From the IMG/VR virus record IMGVR_UViG_3300042324_002009, positions 1 through 64,000 of that record: a stretch of DNA of 64,000 nucleotides; one strand, written 5' to 3'. This document shows positions 59,320 to 64,000 of the stretch, piece after piece; position 1 is the first letter of the stretch; each line of letters begins with the position of its first letter. A program made the translations under genes and the position numbers. The stretch is from a virus. The notes under the pieces were generated by a model. That model made no database searches. It saw nothing but the letters and a program-made list of their open reading frames with translations, and was not told the DNA's origin.

Positions 59320-60273
59320 ATGTTAACAAAGAAGACTATTTTTATATCAGCACAGCCTGACCATCAATACTTCCATTGGCAAGTTGAGGTGGTAATCCAC
59401 AATTTTATGAAAAATGGAATTAATCCAAATTGGATAGAAATTCTATTTGCCTATAATGACGAGCCTAGCCAAGAAGGTCTTGCCCTAGCTAGAAAATATC
59501 CAATGGTTAGATTCTTTTTCTATAAAAAAAGAATAACTCAAAACTTTGGATACATTCCAATTCTTAGGCCTGATATTCTTGAACAGCATTGGATAAAATA
59601 TCCAGAATTACGTGGTGAAACCGTTTTTTATCATGATTCAGATATTATCTTTAGAGAACTTCCAGATTTCGACTCAATGCATGACAATTTATATTGGTAT
59701 GTAAGTGATACCGTTTCTTATATTGGCGCAAATTATATTAAAAGTAAATCAGAAGACCTATTCATTGACCTTTGTAGTTTAACAAAAATTTCTCCTGAAA
59801 TAGTAGAAAAAAATCAAGAAGGGTCAGGCGGTGCTCAATATTTAATGAAAGGCGTTACTTCTGACTTTTGGAAAGAGGTAATTTCAGATTCATTAACTAT
59901 GTATAAGTATATGGCAGATAGAGAAAGTCAAGAACGCAATACATTAACACCAGAAGAGTTAAAAATCTATAATCCTGTACAAAAATGGTGTGCGGATATG
60001 TGGGCAGTTCTTTGGGGTGGCTGGAAAATTGGTGCACAAACAATAATTACACCTGACTTAAATTTTAGTTGGGGAACTTCCTCAATTGAGGATTATGACC
60101 GTTGTACAATTATGCATAACGCTGGAGTAACAGATGATAGAAAACCTGATCTTTTTTATAAAGCAGATTATCGAGAATCAAGCCCGTTTAATGCGGATCT
60201 TTCAAATATTAAACCTAATACAGCTTCTGCTAAGTACGTAGATGCAATAATTTACGCAAAAGAAAATAGATAA
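59320..60273 (+). CDS. GT-A glycosyltransferase resembling plant HPAT (GT95) / SGT1 (GT96) protein O-glycosyltransferases
   Basis: YFHWQ near N-terminus, Y.P..RP, DxD motif HDSDIIF, GGAQYLM, WCADMWA, IMHNAG. Confidence 0.7.
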   Translation: MLTKKTIFISAQPDHQYFHWQVEVVIHNFMKNGINPNWIEILFAYNDEPSQEGLALARKYPMVRFFFYKKRITQNFGYIPILRPDILEQHWIKYPELRGETVFYHDSDIIFRELPDFDSMHDNLYWYVSDTVSYIGANYIKSKSEDLFIDLCSLTKISPEIVEKNQEGSGGAQYLMKGVTSDFWKEVISDSLTMYKYMADRESQERNTLTPEELKIYNPVQKWCADMWAVLWGGWKIGAQTIITPDLNFSWGTSSIEDYDRCTIMHNAGVTDDRKPDLFYKADYRESSPFNADLSNIKPNTASAKYVDAIIYAKENR

Positions 60274-60304
60274 ACCGGATCTGCCTTATCGCATACAGTA
60301 TACT

Positions 60305-60313
60305 GATAAATAA
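60305..60313 (+). promoter_or_regulatory. late promoter GATAAATAA
   Basis: 30 nt upstream of the first collagen-like gene. Confidence 0.6.
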
Positions 60314-60343
60314 CTGTAGGTAGAAAAATGCAAGTCCAGTATA

Positions 60344-62341
60344 ATGTCTAATAAACTCAAAATAAAACAGGTTGATCTTAGCAACCTAAGTCAAGATAAT
60401 TCATTAAATAAGTTTTTGGTAGTTGATGCTGCTGGTAACGCTTATTATAGTGATTCTCCTGGTGCCGGTTCTGGTGGTTCTGGCTCAAATGGTACGTCGG
60501 GTACTTCAGGTACAAGTGGCCAAGACGGTTCAACTGGTACATCAGGCTCAGATGGAACTTCTGGTACTTCAGGTACAAGTGGCCAAGATGGTTCAACTGG
60601 TACTTCTGGTTCAGATGGAACTTCTGGTACTTCAGGTACAAGCGGTCAAGATGGTTCAACTGGTACTTCTGGTTCAGATGGAACTTCTGGTACTTCAGGT
60701 ACAAGCGGTCAAGATGGTTCAACTGGTACTTCTGGTTCAGACGGTACGTCAGGTACTTCAGGTACAAGCGGTCAAGATGGTTCAACTGGTACTTCTGGTT
60801 CAGACGGTACGTCAGGTACGTCCGGTTCTTCTGGAACAAGTCCATTAGGTTTTTCTTCTGGTACTTCTGGTTCAGATGGAACATCTGGTTCAGACGGTAC
60901 TTCAGGTACAAGCGGAGAAGCAGGTTCTTCAGGTTCAGATGGAACTTCAGGTACAAGTGGCCAAGACGGTTCAACTGGTACTTCCGGCTCAGACGGAACA
61001 AGCGGTACTTCAGGTATAGATGGAACTAATGGTTCAGACGGAACTTCAGGTACTTCTGGAATTGATGGAACTAATGGTTCAGATGGAACTTCAGGTACTT
61101 CTGGAATTGATGGAACTACTGGTTCAGACGGAACTTCAGGTACAAGCGGACAAGACGGTTCAACTGGTACTTCTGGTTCAGACGGAACTTCTGGAACAAG
61201 TGGTGATACTTTTACTTATCCAACTGATTTAATTGTTTCATTAACTGGAGGTAGAACTTTTGGACGTTATGTAAGCGGTAGTACTATTCCAGCAACTGGA
61301 AAAACTGCAGCTGAGGTAATTAGTTTAGCAATTGCTGAGCCAATTACTCCAACTGTTGCTCTAACTTCTAGCACATCAATTGCGTTTAATCAAACAGCAA
61401 TTAGTAATGTTCTAAATTTTAGTCATACTATAAATAGTTTAGGAGCAACAATTAGTAGTGTTTCTCTTGAATGGCGAAGAGGCGGTGCAGGTTCATGGGT
61501 AGTTTTATCAACCTCAACTACTACGCCAAGTACATTTACACATTCACTCACCGATACTAATTATAATACCTCTGCTTTTAATTACAGATATATTGTAACT
61601 GATTCAATTGGTGCAACTGCGACTGCTACTTTAAATATTACGCCAATCGCATATTCAGCACCATCAATTTCCTTAACAGTTGCTGCAGTTTCAAGTACTT
61701 CACCTGAAACAAATACAAAAAGAGAAAAAGGAAATATTAATACTAATTTAAGCGGAACTATTACCAGAAATAGTGTAAACAGTGCCTTATCTAGTTATAC
61801 TTTACAATACTCATTAAATAATAGTTTATGGGTAGATATTGGATCAGAGGTATCAATTGGTCCAGGTACTTCAAGCATTACATTAACTAATCATAATGAT
61901 ATTACGTTATTTGCGTCAACTACCATCTATTATAGAGTAAAAGTAATTGATGCATATCAAACATCCTTATCAAGTTTTGCAACTGGTGGAAATACCACAG
62001 TTAGTTTTTTAAATCTAATATTTTACGGACCATCATCCGCAGTTCCAACAACTTCAAGTGATATTAGAGCACTAGGATCCCGAATATTTACGGATGGAAG
62101 TAATCCATTTAATTTATTAACGGGTACTACTCAAATCAATTTTACAGCAGCAATGCCAGCTACACTAAGTTTAAGCAGTGTAGTTGACTTAGATGCATTA
62201 AACGCAGATATTACTGGAAATTATGTTTTATCAACATTTAATGTAGTTGACTCCTACGGTACTAACGTATCGTATCGTAACTATACCATGACAAATGCGA
62301 CTCCTTATGGAACATCGCATCGACACCAAATAACTAGATAA
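60344..62341 (+). CDS. collagen-like (Gly-X-Y, Ser/Thr-rich) fibre protein with C-terminal beta domains
   Basis: About 80 GTS/GSD/GQD/GST triplets followed by Ig/FN3-like region. Confidence 0.8.
   Translation: MSNKLKIKQVDLSNLSQDNSLNKFLVVDAAGNAYYSDSPGAGSGGSGSNGTSGTSGTSGQDGSTGTSGSDGTSGTSGTSGQDGSTGTSGSDGTSGTSGTSGQDGSTGTSGSDGTSGTSGTSGQDGSTGTSGSDGTSGTSGTSGQDGSTGTSGSDGTSGTSGSSGTSPLGFSSGTSGSDGTSGSDGTSGTSGEAGSSGSDGTSGTSGQDGSTGTSGSDGTSGTSGIDGTNGSDGTSGTSGIDGTNGSDGTSGTSGIDGTTGSDGTSGTSGQDGSTGTSGSDGTSGTSGDTFTYPTDLIVSLTGGRTFGRYVSGSTIPATGKTAAEVISLAIAEPITPTVALTSSTSIAFNQTAISNVLNFSHTINSLGATISSVSLEWRRGGAGSWVVLSTSTTTPSTFTHSLTDTNYNTSAFNYRYIVTDSIGATATATLNITPIAYSAPSISLTVAAVSSTSPETNTKREKGNINTNLSGTITRNSVNSALSSYTLQYSLNNSLWVDIGSEVSIGPGTSSITLTNHNDITLFASTTIYYRVKVIDAYQTSLSSFATGGNTTVSFLNLIFYGPSSAVPTTSSDIRALGSRIFTDGSNPFNLLTGTTQINFTAAMPATLSLSSVVDLDALNADITGNYVLSTFNVVDSYGTNVSYRNYTMTNATPYGTSHRHQITR
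60473..61210 (+). repeat. Gly-X-Y coding repeat with 63-nt (21-aa) and 45-nt (15-aa) higher-order units
   Basis: [21 protein letters not shown] about five times in tandem, then [15 protein letters not shown] units; one PLGFSS interruption. Confidence 0.9.
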
Positions 62342-62347
62342 TAGAAT

Positions 62348-64000
62348 ATGTCATTAACTCCAGGATTACAATTACCGTATGGTATACAGCCGGTTAACCC
62401 AGTACCAGTAGATGCTTGGTCCGGACCTTATACCGGGGCAAACGAAACTGCTGCGATTGCTGCAGCAAATACAGCGATCCTTTCAGCCATCCGTTTTCAA
62501 TCAATGGAAGTCCGCCTTATCTTCGGCGGCAGCTCTCATAAATATTGGTACCGTGATGGAGTATTAGATACAGATTTAGTAGAATTTGCATCAGGTAGTG
62601 GAACTGCTGGCACAGCCGGTAGTGCAGGAACAAGCGGAACCTCTGGAGCCTCAGGCTCAGATGGAACTTCAGGTACTTCAGGTATAGATGGAACTAATGG
62701 TTCAGACGGAACTTCAGGTACTTCTGGAATTGATGGAACTAATGGTTCAGATGGAACTTCAGGTACTTCAGGTATAGATGGAACTAATGGTTCAGACGGA
62801 ACTTCAGGTACTTCTGGAATTGATGGAACTACTGGTTCAGACGGAACTTCAGGTACTTCTGGAATTGATGGAACTAATGGTTCAGATGGAACTTCTGGAA
62901 CATCAGGATCAGATGGAACAAGTGGTACTTCAGGTATTGACGGAGTCTCTGGAACAGATGGTAGCTCAGGTACTTCAGGAGAATCCGGCTCAAATGGAAC
63001 AAGTGGTACTTCAGGAGAATCCGGCTCAAATGGAACAAGTGGTACTTCAGGTTCAAATGGAACAAGCGGTACGTCAGGTATAGATGGAACAAATGGTTCA
63101 AATGGAACTTCCGGTACAAGCGGTATTGATGGAGTCTCTGGAACAGACGGTAGCTCAGGAACTTCTGGCGAATCAGGTTCAAACGGGTCAGATGGTACGT
63201 CCGGTACGTCAGGCTCAAATGGAACTAGTGGTACTTCAGGTTCAAACGGTACTTCTGGAACTTCTGGTTCCAATGGCTCAAACGGGTCAGACGGAACTTC
63301 GGGTACGTCAGGCATTGACGGAGTCTCTGGAACAGATGGTTCTAGTGGAACTTCAGGAGAATCAGGCTCAAATGGAACTTCTGGAACTTCCGGTTCAGAT
63401 GGTACAAGCGGAACTTCAGGTTCAAATGGAACTTCTGGTACGTCTGGAATAGACGGAACAAATGGTTCAGACGGAACTTCCGGTACTTCAGGTATCGATG
63501 GAGTCTCTGGAACTGACGGTAGCTCAGGTACTTCAGGAGAATCAGGTTCAAATGGTTCAGATGGAACAAGCGGAACTTCAGGATCAGATGGAACTTCAGG
63601 ATCAGATGGAACATCTGGTACGTCCGGTATAGATGGTACAAATGGAGAAGATGGTTCTTCTGGAACAAGTGGTAGTTCAGGCCTAAGCGGCGTAGACGGT
63701 TCAAGCGGAACTTCAGGCTCAACTGGTTCAGATGGTACTTCAGGTTCAAATGGAACAAGTGGAACTTCAGGATCAAATGGAACAAGTGGAACTTCCGGTA
63801 CTGCTGGAACTTCTGGAACAAGCGGAATAGACGGAACAAACGGTTCAGACGGTACTTCAGGAACAAGTGGAATAGACGGAGTCTCTGGAACAGATGGTAG
63901 CTCTGGAACTTCTGGCGAATCAGGTTCAAATGGAACAAGTGGAACTTCAGGTATAGATGGAACTAATGGGTCAGATGGAACAAGTGGAACTTCAGGTATA
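62348..64000 (+). CDS. second collagen-like Ser/Thr-rich fibre protein, truncated by the window end (not in ORF track)
   Basis: ATG at 62348: MSLTPGLQLPYGIQPVNPVPVDAWSGPY...FASGS then Gly-X-Y triplets to the end of the window. Confidence 0.85.
   Translation, partial: MSLTPGLQLPYGIQPVNPVPVDAWSGPYTGANETAAIAAANTAILSAIRFQSMEVRLIFGGSSHKYWYRDGVLDTDLVEFASGSGTAGTAGSAGTSGTSGASGSDGTSGTSGIDGTNGSDGTSGTSGIDGTNGSDGTSGTSGIDGTNGSDGTSGTSGIDGTTGSDGTSGTSGIDGTNGSDGTSGTSGSDGTSGTSGIDGVSGTDGSSGTSGESGSNGTSGTSGESGSNGTSGTSGSNGTSGTSGIDGTNGSNGTSGTSGIDGVSGTDGSSGTSGESGSNGSDGTSGTSGSNGTSGTSGSNGTSGTSGSNGSNGSDGTSGTSGIDGVSGTDGSSGTSGESGSNGTSGTSGSDGTSGTSGSNGTSGTSGIDGTNGSDGTSGTSGIDGVSGTDGSSGTSGESGSNGSDGTSGTSGSDGTSGSDGTSGTSGIDGTNGEDGSSGTSGSSGLSGVDGSSGTSGSTGSDGTSGSNGTSGTSGSNGTSGTSGTAGTSGTSGIDGTNGSDGTSGTSGIDGVSGTDGSSGTSGESGSNGTSGTSGIDGTNGSDGTSGTSGI
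62600..64000 (+). repeat. Gly-X-Y coding repeat, about 155 triplets within the window
   Basis: [21 protein letters not shown] triplets; no interruption noticed by eye. Confidence 0.9.

Noticed and set aside
60378-63938. ORFs rich in PEVP, LNQKY or MELLVQ repeats on both strands
   Set aside because: Shadows of the Gly-X-Y repeats; the real frames are 60344-62341 and 62348-end
57232-64000. Tandem repeats considered as a CRISPR array
   Set aside because: No constant repeat with unique spacers; units are in-frame with synonymous variation; no cas genes
1-64000. Stop-codon reassignment as in some jumbo phages
   Set aside because: Conserved genes are full length in the standard code, and TAG (23550) and TGA (528) serve as normal stops

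Overview
AT-rich 64-kb segment of a large T4-like (contractile-tailed, jumbo-type) bacteriophage genome, standard genetic code; host probably Bacteroidota (inferred from Hc1-like protein, NrdJ type and A-rich leaders without Shine-Dalgarno motifs). Positions 1-31.6 kb are a mostly minus-strand replication/recombination/nucleotide-metabolism region: dCMP deaminase, a thymidylate-synthase-family enzyme with a dCMP-type active site, gp46/gp47, gp41 helicase, UvsX, only the N-terminal half of a family B DNA polymerase, dUTPase, RNase H-like nuclease, gp32, class II RNR, an S1-domain protein and GroES/GroEL, with a plus-strand tail sheath gene inserted. From 31.8 kb on, genes are mostly plus-strand: RuvC-like resolvase, gp55-like late sigma, large virion proteins, gp14-like neck protein and an amidoligase. 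The window ends in a cluster in which a plant HPAT/SGT1-like protein O-glycosyltransferase lies between a Thr-rich mucin-like protein and two almost proline-free Ser/Thr-rich collagen-like fibre proteins, the best candidate here for an undescribed system (virion glycosylation). Two promoter classes can be read from the DNA: late (G/A/T)ATAAATAA and a non-late AAAC-N16-GTAnAA(T/G). No tRNA, CRISPR array or mobile element was recognised. All protein calls are from motif recognition by eye; no database search was run.
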